A DNA stretch of 40,693 bases, taken from assembly GCA_903861205.1 (NCBI GenBank), contig CAIOTC010000022.1, positions 66,025-106,717 of the forward strand, read 5' to 3'. Of the stretch, positions 27,969 through 35,664 are shown piece by piece. The stretch is from an uncultured bacterium. Lineage in GTDB: Bacteria; Patescibacteriota; Minisyncoccia; Phycocordibacterales; DATDWN01. The first letter of the stretch is position 1. Each line of letters opens with the position of its first letter. Below the pieces are notes generated by a model. The model was not told where the DNA came from. It did no database searches and was given only the letters and a program-made list of their open reading frames with translations. Position numbers and translations under genes: made by a program.

Positions 27969-28691
27969 ATGAGCGATTTAATGCTCGATGTTGACCAGGC
28001 CGGTGAGTTGAAGGCTGCGTTTCGGCGTGGCGATTGGACCAACGCGGAAATCAAACGCGCTTGTGAAGGAAACTTCCTAGCGCAAGTGCGCAAGGTTTTG
28101 CTGGGTCAAGCGCAAATTGTCGATGTGGTGAAAAAGGTCACGGAAGTTGTGAAAGCGGTCAAAAAAGTCCTGACCCCATTCATCACCATCACAACCGGCG
28201 GAACGACTACCGATCAGCTTGTCGTAGACATCAAAGCGAACAAGAACGAGAACGGAGTTGCGGACGAAGTTTCGGACTACGCCAAAAGCATGATGACAAA
28301 CAAGGCGTTCACCATCTCGAAAGAGGTGGGGACTGCCGATTTGGTCGCGCTGACTATCGCCGAGCTTGGCTTCGCCTCGAGCCCGCGCACGGACGAGTTT
28401 ATGACCGCCGAGTTCTGTGCCAAATGGAGCGCGGAAAATCTCGACGGCATGGTCATCGAACTCTGTCAGCCAGAGGATGGTCCTCAACTGCGCAAGCAGT
28501 GGAAAGATCAGCCGAAAGGCATGGCGGTTTGGTTGGCCATGAAGCGTATTTCTGATTCCGGCGGCGTTCCGCGCGTTTGGCGCGTTGAGTGCCTCTCCGA
28601 CGGTCCTCGGTGGCTGTCTGGCATTTGGGCCCGCCCCGGCCGTCGCTGGGTTCTCGGCGATCGGGTCGTCTTTCGTTTCCGCAAGATTTGA
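27969..28691 (+). CDS. DGR target (variable) protein with C-terminal VR, probably CLec-like fold
   Basis: AAGGAG RBS, ATG 27969; the VR encodes almost all of the last ~46 codons; no signal peptide. Confidence 0.9.
   Translation: MSDLMLDVDQAGELKAAFRRGDWTNAEIKRACEGNFLAQVRKVLLGQAQIVDVVKKVTEVVKAVKKVLTPFITITTGGTTTDQLVVDIKANKNENGVADEVSDYAKSMMTNKAFTISKEVGTADLVALTIAELGFASSPRTDEFMTAEFCAKWSAENLDGMVIELCQPEDGPQLRKQWKDQPKGMAVWLAMKRISDSGGVPRVWRVECLSDGPRWLSGIWARPGRRWVLGDRVVFRFRKI
28550..28684 (+). repeat. DGR variable repeat (VR)
   Basis: 135-bp ungapped match to 29036-29170; 22 of 23 mismatches are at TR adenines. Confidence 0.97.
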
Positions 28692-28747
28692 ACTTTGTCA
28701 CTGGGTCGCTCTGCTTCGCACTGTGATCCTCCGATCTTCGTTCTTCC

Positions 28748-28773
28748 GTCCCGCACTTCGGTGCGGGACTTTT
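28748..28773 (+). terminator. Post-VR hairpin (homing element and/or terminator)
   Basis: gtcccgcac-ttcg-gtgcgggac followed by tttt. Confidence 0.7.
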
Positions 28774-29035
28774 CTATATTATAAAAATAAGTTAAGATGA
28801 AAGCGGTAGTAGGCAAATCTGCCGGCGACAAAATTTCCGGTGGCCGAATCCAGTATCCATGCATCGAGAGTGTCGGCGAGTTACTTTTCCGGCATAGTGA
28901 TGTGTGAGATTTTGAAAAAATGAAGATACTTGGCGCGCTGTATTGAGTGATTTTGATCACGCATAAAATTCAACTCCGAGAGTATTAAAATTTCAAGGAG
29001 TGGTGTATAGGATGATGCGGCGCGCGTTAAACTTG

Positions 29036-29170
29036 TTCTGATTCCGACGGCAATCCGAACGTTTGGAACGTCGAGTGCAACTCCGACGGTCATCGGTGGC
29101 TGAATGGCAATTGGGCCAACCCCGACAATCGCTGGAATCTCGGCAATCGGATCGTCTTTCGTTTCCGCAA
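29036..29170 (+). ncRNA. DGR template repeat (TR)
   Basis: Ten AAY triplets in the target frame, 29 adenines, non-coding context. Confidence 0.97.
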
Positions 29171-29200
29171 ATCTCCTCATTTCCTCGCGAGACACATAAT

Positions 29201-29548
29201 TTATCTTGCGAGGTTTTGTTTTTCAACTTGACCGTACCAACCACCTATCATTTTGCCGATGTTATTGAGTTTTTCGGAAATCTCGGCGTATTGTTTTAAT
29301 TCCAAAAGATTCATCTCCCATGCGATGTGAATGAATACTTTTATAATATCCACTTTAGCTATGGATTTTTTCAAATAAGGAAGCTTGTCGGTTTTTTGCA
29401 AAAATCCAGCGATGGATAAATTTTCAATTATTTCCACAAACAAGTTGTCTATTTTCAAACCGATGGAGTATCGCAGTGGTTTTGGAAATTTTAAAAATAA
29501 TTTATTCCACTTGATATACAAATCTTTAATATGAACAATAACTGGCAA
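29201..29548 (-). CDS. avd: Accessory variability determinant (Avd-like four-helix bundle); start uncertain
   Basis: FPKPLRYSIGLKI..IGKMIGGW signature; lies between TR and RT. Confidence 0.88.
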   Translation of the reverse strand: MPVIVHIKDLYIKWNKLFLKFPKPLRYSIGLKIDNLFVEIIENLSIAGFLQKTDKLPYLKKSIAKVDIIKVFIHIAWEMNLLELKQYAEISEKLNNIGKMIGGWYGQVEKQNLAR

Positions 29549-29557
29549 AAAGGATGC

Positions 29558-29566
29558 GGGGGGGGG
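29558..29566. repeat. G9 homopolymer between the divergent avd and RT starts
   Basis: Nine consecutive G in an otherwise AT-rich region. Confidence 0.9.
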
Positions 29567-29579
29567 TCTTTGTAGTCAT

Positions 29580-30605
29580 TTGATTAAAAAATTTAATATT
29601 GTCTACGACGATATCATATCTACAGAAAATTTACTATTGGCGTGGAAAGAGTTTTTGAATGGCAAGCGTAAAAGGAAAGATGTGCGAACCTTTGAAATAA
29701 AATTGGCTGATAATATTTTTGATTTGCGTGATTCTCTCAAGTTTGGCACCTACAAACACGGATCATACCTTGCTTTTACGGTTCACGATCCGAAAAGGAG
29801 AAATATACATAAAGCAAGCGTCAGAGACAGGTTACTTCACCGGGCAATTTATAGAAAGCTTTATCCACCGTATGACAAGATTTTTATTGCTGATTCTTAT
29901 TCGTGTCGTGACAACAAAGGAATTCACAAGGCTCTTGGTCGTTTCAAAAAATTTTATTGGAAAGTGAGCAAAAATAACAGACGGACGGCATGGGTTTTAA
30001 AATGCGATATCAGAAAATTTTTTGATTCTATTGACCACCAAATACTGGTATCAATTTTGTCCAAAAAAATAGCAGACCAAAATATTTTGTTACTTCTGGA
30101 AAAAATTATCGCAAGTTTTGAAAAAACTTCTGGCAGAGGAATACCACTTGGTAATTTAACTTCTCAACTGTTTGCTAATATTTATATGCACGAATTTGAT
30201 CAGTTTGTAAAACAAACGCTTAAAATTAAATATTACATCCGCTACGCCGATGATTTTGTTTTTCTGTCGCAAAGCAAACCGGAACTGGAAAATTTTTTGC
30301 CGAAAATCAAAAAATTTCTGGAAAACGAGCTGGAGCTCGACCTGCATCCGAACAAAGTTTTCATCAAAACCTTTTCTTCCGGGGTTGATTTTCTCGGCTG
30401 GGTCAATTTTCCACACCACAGGGTTTTGCGGACAGTGACAAAAAGAAGAATGTTGAAAAAGTTGGCTAAACCGAGCAATGGCTCGTTCGCCCGATCCGCC
30501 AAAGGTGGATTTAGGGAAAATAATACGAAACCTGAAACAATCCAGTCGTATCTCGGATTGTTGGGTCACGGGAATACATATAAGATTCAAAATTTGATTT
30601 TATAA
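29580..30605 (+). CDS. DGR reverse transcriptase; start uncertain
   Basis: PKRRNI, RDRLLHRAI, LKCDIRKFFDSIDH, GIPLGNLTSQLFAN (GxxxSQ), RYADD, GVDFLG. Confidence 0.95.
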   Translation: MIKKFNIVYDDIISTENLLLAWKEFLNGKRKRKDVRTFEIKLADNIFDLRDSLKFGTYKHGSYLAFTVHDPKRRNIHKASVRDRLLHRAIYRKLYPPYDKIFIADSYSCRDNKGIHKALGRFKKFYWKVSKNNRRTAWVLKCDIRKFFDSIDHQILVSILSKKIADQNILLLLEKIIASFEKTSGRGIPLGNLTSQLFANIYMHEFDQFVKQTLKIKYYIRYADDFVFLSQSKPELENFLPKIKKFLENELELDLHPNKVFIKTFSSGVDFLGWVNFPHHRVLRTVTKRRMLKKLAKPSNGSFARSAKGGFRENNTKPETIQSYLGLLGHGNTYKIQNLIL

Positions 30606-30628
30606 AAGAATCATGTATAGTATTGAAT

Positions 30629-30892
30629 ATGCCTATCACAACATCAGCTAAAAAGGCCCTAAGGGGTTCGAAGAGGAAGCATGAATTCAATCTGGTCAAA
30701 AAAGATCAGATTTCGAAGGCCGTCAAAACTTTCAAGAAATTGGTAGCGGACAAGAAAGTTGCCGAAGCCGAAAAAATGTTTCCGCAAGTCCAGAAAATTT
30801 TGGACAAATCGGTCAAGACGGGACTGATCAAGAAAAACATGGCCAGCCGCAAGAAATCCAGACTGGTGGCATCTCTTAAAAAAGCAAAGTAA
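30629..30892 (+). CDS. rpsT: 30S ribosomal protein S20
   Basis: MPITTSAKKALR..LDKSVKTGLIKKNMASRKKSRL. Confidence 0.95.
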   Translation: MPITTSAKKALRGSKRKHEFNLVKKDQISKAVKTFKKLVADKKVAEAEKMFPQVQKILDKSVKTGLIKKNMASRKKSRLVASLKKAK

Positions 30893-30957
30893 TTTTCAAA
30901 AAACACCAAAACGGGTGTTTTTTGTTTTATTCATGAAAAATGTGATATAGTGGTTGC

Positions 30958-31491
30958 ATGACAATAGAATGGAACAAAGTAACCTGGTATTCAAAGCTGG
31001 CGGCGGTCATCGTTTTTTTGCTTGTGCTCGTTTTGGGGTTTTACATCGGTCTTCAATACGAAAAATTGCAGATTACGAAAAATTATAGTCAGATAGAAGC
31101 TTCCGAAAATGAAGGCGTTGATTACAAAAACAGTCAATATGGTTTCGAACTTGATTTGCCGGCCTCGTGGAAAGGGTACACCGTGACTACCGCTCCATTT
31201 ACCTCGTTTGATAAAACTGTCACTTACGGACAAACGATAACTTTGCGCAGTCTGAATTGGACGGAGCAAAATCCGACGATGGACATTCCGATCGAAGTTT
31301 TTCCGATTGAGCAATGGCAGAAATGGACGGCAACTGATTTCGACGGTTATCCAACCGCTGCGCCGATAGGACCCTCCGAGAGGGGGCGTAACTCAAAATA
31401 TGTTTTTGCCACGGCACCGAGATACAACTACAGTTTTCTTCCCGGATTTGAAGAAGTGGAAAACATAATAAAGAATCTCAAAACTTTTTAA
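30958..31491 (+). CDS. Membrane-anchored hypothetical protein
   Basis: VTWYSKLAA TM anchor; YKNSQYGFELDLPASW motif. Confidence 0.7.
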   Translation: MTIEWNKVTWYSKLAAVIVFLLVLVLGFYIGLQYEKLQITKNYSQIEASENEGVDYKNSQYGFELDLPASWKGYTVTTAPFTSFDKTVTYGQTITLRSLNWTEQNPTMDIPIEVFPIEQWQKWTATDFDGYPTAAPIGPSERGRNSKYVFATAPRYNYSFLPGFEEVENIIKNLKTF

Positions 31492-31552
31492 AAAACACCG
31501 CGTGGTGTTTTTTGATTTAAGCAATATTTTGTGATATTGTGTTTTTCATATT

Positions 31553-31627
31553 GCCCTCGTCGTTCAATGGATAGGACATTCCCCTGCGAAGGGAAAAATT
31601 CCGGTTCGACTCCGGACGAGAGCACCA
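31553..31627 (+). tRNA. tRNA-Arg(GCG)
   Basis: ttccc-ct-GCG-aa-gggaa anticodon arm, GGTTCGACTCC, encoded CCA. Confidence 0.9.
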
Positions 31628-31681
31628 CAAGAGTACTCCCATTTTCTAATTGCTTCGCTCAAGAAAATTAGGTCGCACAAA

Positions 31682-32137
31682 TTAAAATCCGAAGTAGATC
31701 AAGAGTTTTTCAAAAATTGATTCTGTCATTTTTTCTTCCGTCACATGCTGTGACAAAAAGTTTTTAATACTTTCCGCGTCATCGAGATCGATTAGAATAA
31801 TGAGATATTGGGACAATTTTTGCTTGAGCTTGAAAAGAATTCTCGGATATCTGTCTCCAGTTTCCACCCAAAAAGATTCCGCGTCGGAGTATGGATAAAA
31901 AACCGTGCCCTTTTTTATTCCACTTGTATTTATTTCGTTCAAAACTATTTCCGGTTCGTGGCTGGCGAAAAGGGAGAGCGTGAAAGATGACACCATAATC
32001 AAAATGGCAAAAATGACGTTGTTTAAAATAACGGAAACAATGGCGATGGTCACGGTGATAATGCCGACGATCCAGTACCAATCGGCCGTTTTTTCAGTGT
32101 AAATATGTTGCGGAGAGCGCCACTCGATTTTTTCCAT
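31682..32137 (-). CDS. Hypothetical membrane protein
   Basis: W.SP.H...EKTADWYW followed by two TM helices. Confidence 0.75.
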   Translation of the reverse strand: MEKIEWRSPQHIYTEKTADWYWIVGIITVTIAIVSVILNNVIFAILIMVSSFTLSLFASHEPEIVLNEINTSGIKKGTVFYPYSDAESFWVETGDRYPRILFKLKQKLSQYLIILIDLDDAESIKNFLSQHVTEEKMTESIFEKLLIYFGF

Positions 32138-32144
32138 ACAAATA

Positions 32145-32834
32145 TTATAGCACAATTTGTTTTATGCCCCATTTAGGATTTTCTTTTATCCATTTTGAAA
32201 TGTCCGTCCATTTCAATCCATGGAAACCAAATTGTTTATCGTACACATGGTCTTGACCTTCTATGCCAAATTTTTCCGCAATTTCAGGAGGGGCAAATTT
32301 AATGCCGGCATTTTCCATAATTTTTCGATTCCAGACGCACAAAACTAAATCTTCCGGGTGATATTTATTAAAAGCTCCTTCATCAGCAAGTCGTTTTGAT
32401 GTTTCCAAAAATTTTTTGCTTCGTAGGGAAAAACCTCCATTTCCAACTACCACTTTATCAAACAGTTCTCTTGGAAAAGAATATTTATCAAACCAAAATT
32501 CATCATGAACAAACCAAGGAGGACCGACGAAGTCATATTTTAAAAATTCATCAGTCCAAGAACTTGGGTTCAGAACAAATCCGTCATGTTGGACCAATAA
32601 TACAAAATCGGTAGAAACATAATTCGCTAGATCGCGGATACAAAATTTAGAAAAGGCTTCAATAGATCCAATGTGTGGAATGCTGATTTCCCGAACATCG
32701 TTTGTGGGAAGTGAAGTTAGAAGTTTAACTTCCGCGAATTCTATTTCAGCGCATGAAATATCCAAAGCTTTTTGAAGTCTTTCTACATTCACACAATCTA
32801 TTCCTGCAAGTGTAACACCTGGTAGTTTTTTCAT
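32145..32834 (-). CDS. DUF5672-like (glycosyltransferase-like) protein
   Basis: LVQHDGFV, YDFVGPPW, VGNGGFSLRSK, EDLV, FGFHG. Confidence 0.75.
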   Translation of the reverse strand: MKKLPGVTLAGIDCVNVERLQKALDISCAEIEFAEVKLLTSLPTNDVREISIPHIGSIEAFSKFCIRDLANYVSTDFVLLVQHDGFVLNPSSWTDEFLKYDFVGPPWFVHDEFWFDKYSFPRELFDKVVVGNGGFSLRSKKFLETSKRLADEGAFNKYHPEDLVLCVWNRKIMENAGIKFAPPEIAEKFGIEGQDHVYDKQFGFHGLKWTDISKWIKENPKWGIKQIVL

Positions 32835-32837
32835 TTG

Positions 32838-32920
32838 CGGAGGGTAGAGGACTCGAACCTCTAAGGGCTTTCACCCGCTAGTTTTCAAGACTAGTGCCTT
32901 ACCATTCGGCGCAACCCTCC
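32838..32920 (-). tRNA. tRNA-Ser(TGA)
   Basis: ctagt-ct-TGA-aa-actag, long variable arm, GGTTCGAGTCC. Confidence 0.93.
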
Positions 32921-32956
32921 AATTATCTTGGATTAATCAAGTATATCTATTTTTGC

Positions 32957-33442
32957 TTATTTTTCAACAACATTTTTTATCATGCTCTTTTCAAGATAAT
33001 GTTCTTCACAATGACAATTTGGACAAATAAGTTCCAAATTATTAAGCTCACTATGGTTTCTGTCCCTATCTTTGTGGTGAACTTGTAATATTTCGTACTT
33101 GTTGTAACCGCATCTCTCACATTTTTTACCTCTAATTTCCATCAATCTTATTTTTAAGCCAAGCTGATATACCGCTTTATCCCTTGGTCTTCCAATTTTA
33201 TATTTAATTCCCGCTCTATGTGTATTTGAGCATGCTCTACTGCATGTTTTTTTATTTAAACCTGCCATTATTGGTTTTCCACATACAATACAAGGAGTCT
33301 CTACTCTATTGTGTATACCGTAACAAGCTAAACTACAAAAAACATTCCCTCCATTCATTTTTATTTGTGAGGGTCTTTTATAAATTGGCTTAGCACAAAC
33401 CTTACATTTAGTGTTCGGGTTTCTTTTGTATGAGAATTCCAC
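32957..33442 (-). CDS. HNH endonuclease with N-terminal Cys-rich zinc-binding repeats
   Basis: CKVC..FCSLAC, CIVC..TCSRAC, CERC..LQVHHKDRDRNH...NLELICPNCH..EH. Confidence 0.85.
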   Translation of the reverse strand: MEFSYKRNPNTKCKVCAKPIYKRPSQIKMNGGNVFCSLACYGIHNRVETPCIVCGKPIMAGLNKKTCSRACSNTHRAGIKYKIGRPRDKAVYQLGLKIRLMEIRGKKCERCGYNKYEILQVHHKDRDRNHSELNNLELICPNCHCEEHYLEKSMIKNVVEK

Positions 33443-33523
33443 TCATCCAGTATACCAGTATATAAAATAAAAAACTATCCATAAATGTGGATAATTTTTT
33501 ATTTTTAAAATTATTTATTAAAA

Positions 33524-33805
33524 TTACATCGTGCCGGATGGCGCGGACGGGCCGTCCATTTTTTCCGTTTCGACGGTGGATTTGTTGGCGACCAGGAAAA
33601 TGTAAACTATTTCCAAGATGCCGACTGTGTTGACGATAAGCAAAATGACGAACCACACTTTGCTGGATCGGCGAGCCGACTTCCACAGAGCGATGCCTTT
33701 CCAAATAAGCGACCAAATTAATATTACAGCCAACACCCATGGAGCTACGCTGAGCCATGGCACTGCTTGTGGCTGCTGAAGCAGATTTGTTATTGCTGTT
33801 TGCAT
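33524..33805 (-). CDS. DUF5652-like small membrane protein
   Basis: WSLIWKGIALWKSAR..WFVILLIVNTVGILEIVYIF. Confidence 0.75.
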   Translation of the reverse strand: MQTAITNLLQQPQAVPWLSVAPWVLAVILIWSLIWKGIALWKSARRSSKVWFVILLIVNTVGILEIVYIFLVANKSTVETEKMDGPSAPSGTM

Positions 33806-33859
33806 GAAGTTATTATACCACCGGTTTCTTATTACGCAATTTTGTTATACACTGTTTGC

Positions 33860-34249
33860 ATGAGATATCTTGGGGTGGATTTTGGCTCAAAAAGAATAGG
33901 TTTGGCCGTTTCGGACGAGTCAGGCAGTTTCGCCATGCCTCTAAAAGTGGTGGAAAATTCGCCGAAAGCTGTTTCTGAAATCATCGAAATCTGCAAAGAA
34001 AGAAAAATTGACACAGTAGTGGTGGGGGAGTCCAAAAATTTCAAGCAGGAAGAAAATGAGATAATGGGGGAGATAAAAATTTTTGTTGAAACTTTGAAAA
34101 AGGAATCAGGATTATCTGTAGTATTGCATCCGGAATTCATGACCTCGGCGGAGGCGGAGCAAATTCAAGGCAAGAACGATATGCTTGACGCGTCGGCGGC
34201 GGCGATTATATTAAAAAGTTATTTAGATACAAAAATTAATCAAAATTAA
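33860..34249 (+). CDS. ruvX: RuvX/YqgF family nuclease
   Basis: YLGVDFGSKRIGLAVSD, EFMTS, DASAAAIIL. Confidence 0.9.
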   Translation: MRYLGVDFGSKRIGLAVSDESGSFAMPLKVVENSPKAVSEIIEICKERKIDTVVVGESKNFKQEENEIMGEIKIFVETLKKESGLSVVLHPEFMTSAEAEQIQGKNDMLDASAAAIILKSYLDTKINQN

Positions 34250-34250
34250 A

Positions 34251-34277
34251 CTGGATTCCCGCATGTGCGGGAATGAC
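34251..34277. repeat. Short palindromic element (ATTCCC-N8-GGGAAT type)
   Basis: ctggattcccgcatgtgcgggaatgac. Confidence 0.65.
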
Positions 34278-34287
34278 AAACACCAAT

Positions 34288-34614
34288 ATGATTACAATCG
34301 ATGATTTTAGCAAAGTGGAAATAAAAATCGGCCAAATTTTGAGCGCAGAGAAAGTGGAGGGAAGCGACAAGTTGCTCAAATTGATGGTTGACTTTAGTGA
34401 AGAAACACCGAGGCAAATTATTTCCGGCATATCGATGTTTTTCCCGGATACGCAAACGCTCGTTGGCAAAAAATGCGCTTTCTCGACGAACCTCGAGCCT
34501 CGGACTATTCGCGGACTTGAAAGCAATGGCATGATCTTGGCAGTTAGCGGTGAGGGTTTCTTCTCACTTCTGGAAGTTTCTCCTGACGTTGTCCCGGGAA
34601 GTGCAATCAGATAA
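34288..34614 (+). CDS. tRNA-binding OB-fold protein (MetG C-terminal/CsaA-like)
   Basis: ITIDDFSKVEIKIG, SDKLL, RQIISGI, NLEPR, SNGMIL. Confidence 0.9.
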   Translation: MITIDDFSKVEIKIGQILSAEKVEGSDKLLKLMVDFSEETPRQIISGISMFFPDTQTLVGKKCAFSTNLEPRTIRGLESNGMILAVSGEGFFSLLEVSPDVVPGSAIR

Positions 34615-34679
34615 TTTAAAATTCGGCCCAGTGGATAATTTACGAATAATTTTTGTTGATTTGTTGTATAATTAGCACA

Positions 34680-35651
34680 ATGAATTTTAAAAATTTCTTC
34701 GATGCTTTTCCTCCGCCGGATTTTTTGAATTTTCCATATGCCGGAATTTCCATTTCCGATACGGCGGTTAGATGTTTGCAGCTTTCAAAGAAGGGAAAAG
34801 CTCTTTCTGTTTCCAAATTTGCTCAAGAACCCCTTCCTCTGGGGGCGGTTGTTTCCGGCGCGATAATAAACGTCGGCGAGGTGGCCAATATTTTGGAAAA
34901 GATGAAAAAGGATCTGAATCTCGGTTACGCCAAAGTTTCTCTGCCGGAAGAAAAAGCTTATTTGTTCACGACCAAAATTCCGATTGTCGAGAATAAAGAA
35001 GTTCGCAGCGCGGTGGAATTCAAAATGGAAGAAAACGTGCCTGTTTCGCCCTCCGAACTCATTTTTGATTACGCTGTTTCCGATCCATACAGCCACACCG
35101 ACCATTTGAACGTGGTGGTTTCCGCTTTGCCCATATCAGTGCTGGATAAATATGTCGAAACTTTTCATACGGCCGGCATTCCGATTTTGTCTCTGGAAAT
35201 AGAGTCGCAAGCCATTGCCAGAGCGGTTCTTTTGCCGGGCGATTCGAACACGCATCTCATCATTCATTTTGGTAGGGAAAAAGTCGGACTGTATGTGGCG
35301 AGCGGATGCATCGTGCATTTTACCTCGACCATTTCCGTAAAAGGTGTCGGAGATGAGGCGGTGTCGTTTTTGTCGCAGGAAGTCAAAAAATTGTACACGT
35401 ATTGGCACACGCTCAAAGAAAACGCCGGAGTGGAAAGCAAAAAAATTGTCAGTATCATCGCTTGCGGGGAAAACGTGGGCGACCAAATTTTGTCTTATCT
35501 GTCGTCGCACGTGAAAACCGAAGCGACTCCGGCCAATGTTTGGATCAACGCTTTTGACATAAATGCCGATATTCCGCAGATATCGTTTGAGGACTCGCTC
35601 AAATTCGCGCCGGCCGTCGGTCTGGCTCTGCCTTCGGAAAATTTAATTTAA
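34680..35651 (+). CDS. pilM: Type IV pilus assembly PilM-like protein
   Basis: GISISDTAVR, LPLGAVVSGAI, IFDY, PAVGLAL; first gene of a four-gene operon. Confidence 0.8.
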   Translation: MNFKNFFDAFPPPDFLNFPYAGISISDTAVRCLQLSKKGKALSVSKFAQEPLPLGAVVSGAIINVGEVANILEKMKKDLNLGYAKVSLPEEKAYLFTTKIPIVENKEVRSAVEFKMEENVPVSPSELIFDYAVSDPYSHTDHLNVVVSALPISVLDKYVETFHTAGIPILSLEIESQAIARAVLLPGDSNTHLIIHFGREKVGLYVASGCIVHFTSTISVKGVGDEAVSFLSQEVKKLYTYWHTLKENAGVESKKIVSIIACGENVGDQILSYLSSHVKTEATPANVWINAFDINADIPQISFEDSLKFAPAVGLALPSENLI

Positions 35652-35664
35652 CTATTTTTAATTT

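Larger units (their letters stand above)
27969..30605. mobile_element. Diversity-generating retroelement: target(VR)-TR-avd(inverted)-RT
   Basis: VR/TR pair with adenine-specific mismatches, Avd and DGR-class RT all present within 2.7 kb. Confidence 0.97.

Noticed and set aside
28881-29299. ORFs overlapping the TR (28881-29195, 28993-29244, 29063-29299)
   Set aside because: By-products of the stop-poor TR; no RBS or recognisable protein features
29580-30605. RT as group II intron, retron or Abi RT
   Set aside because: Short RT without maturase/endonuclease extension, with a GxxxSQ motif, and adjacent to Avd and a TR/VR pair
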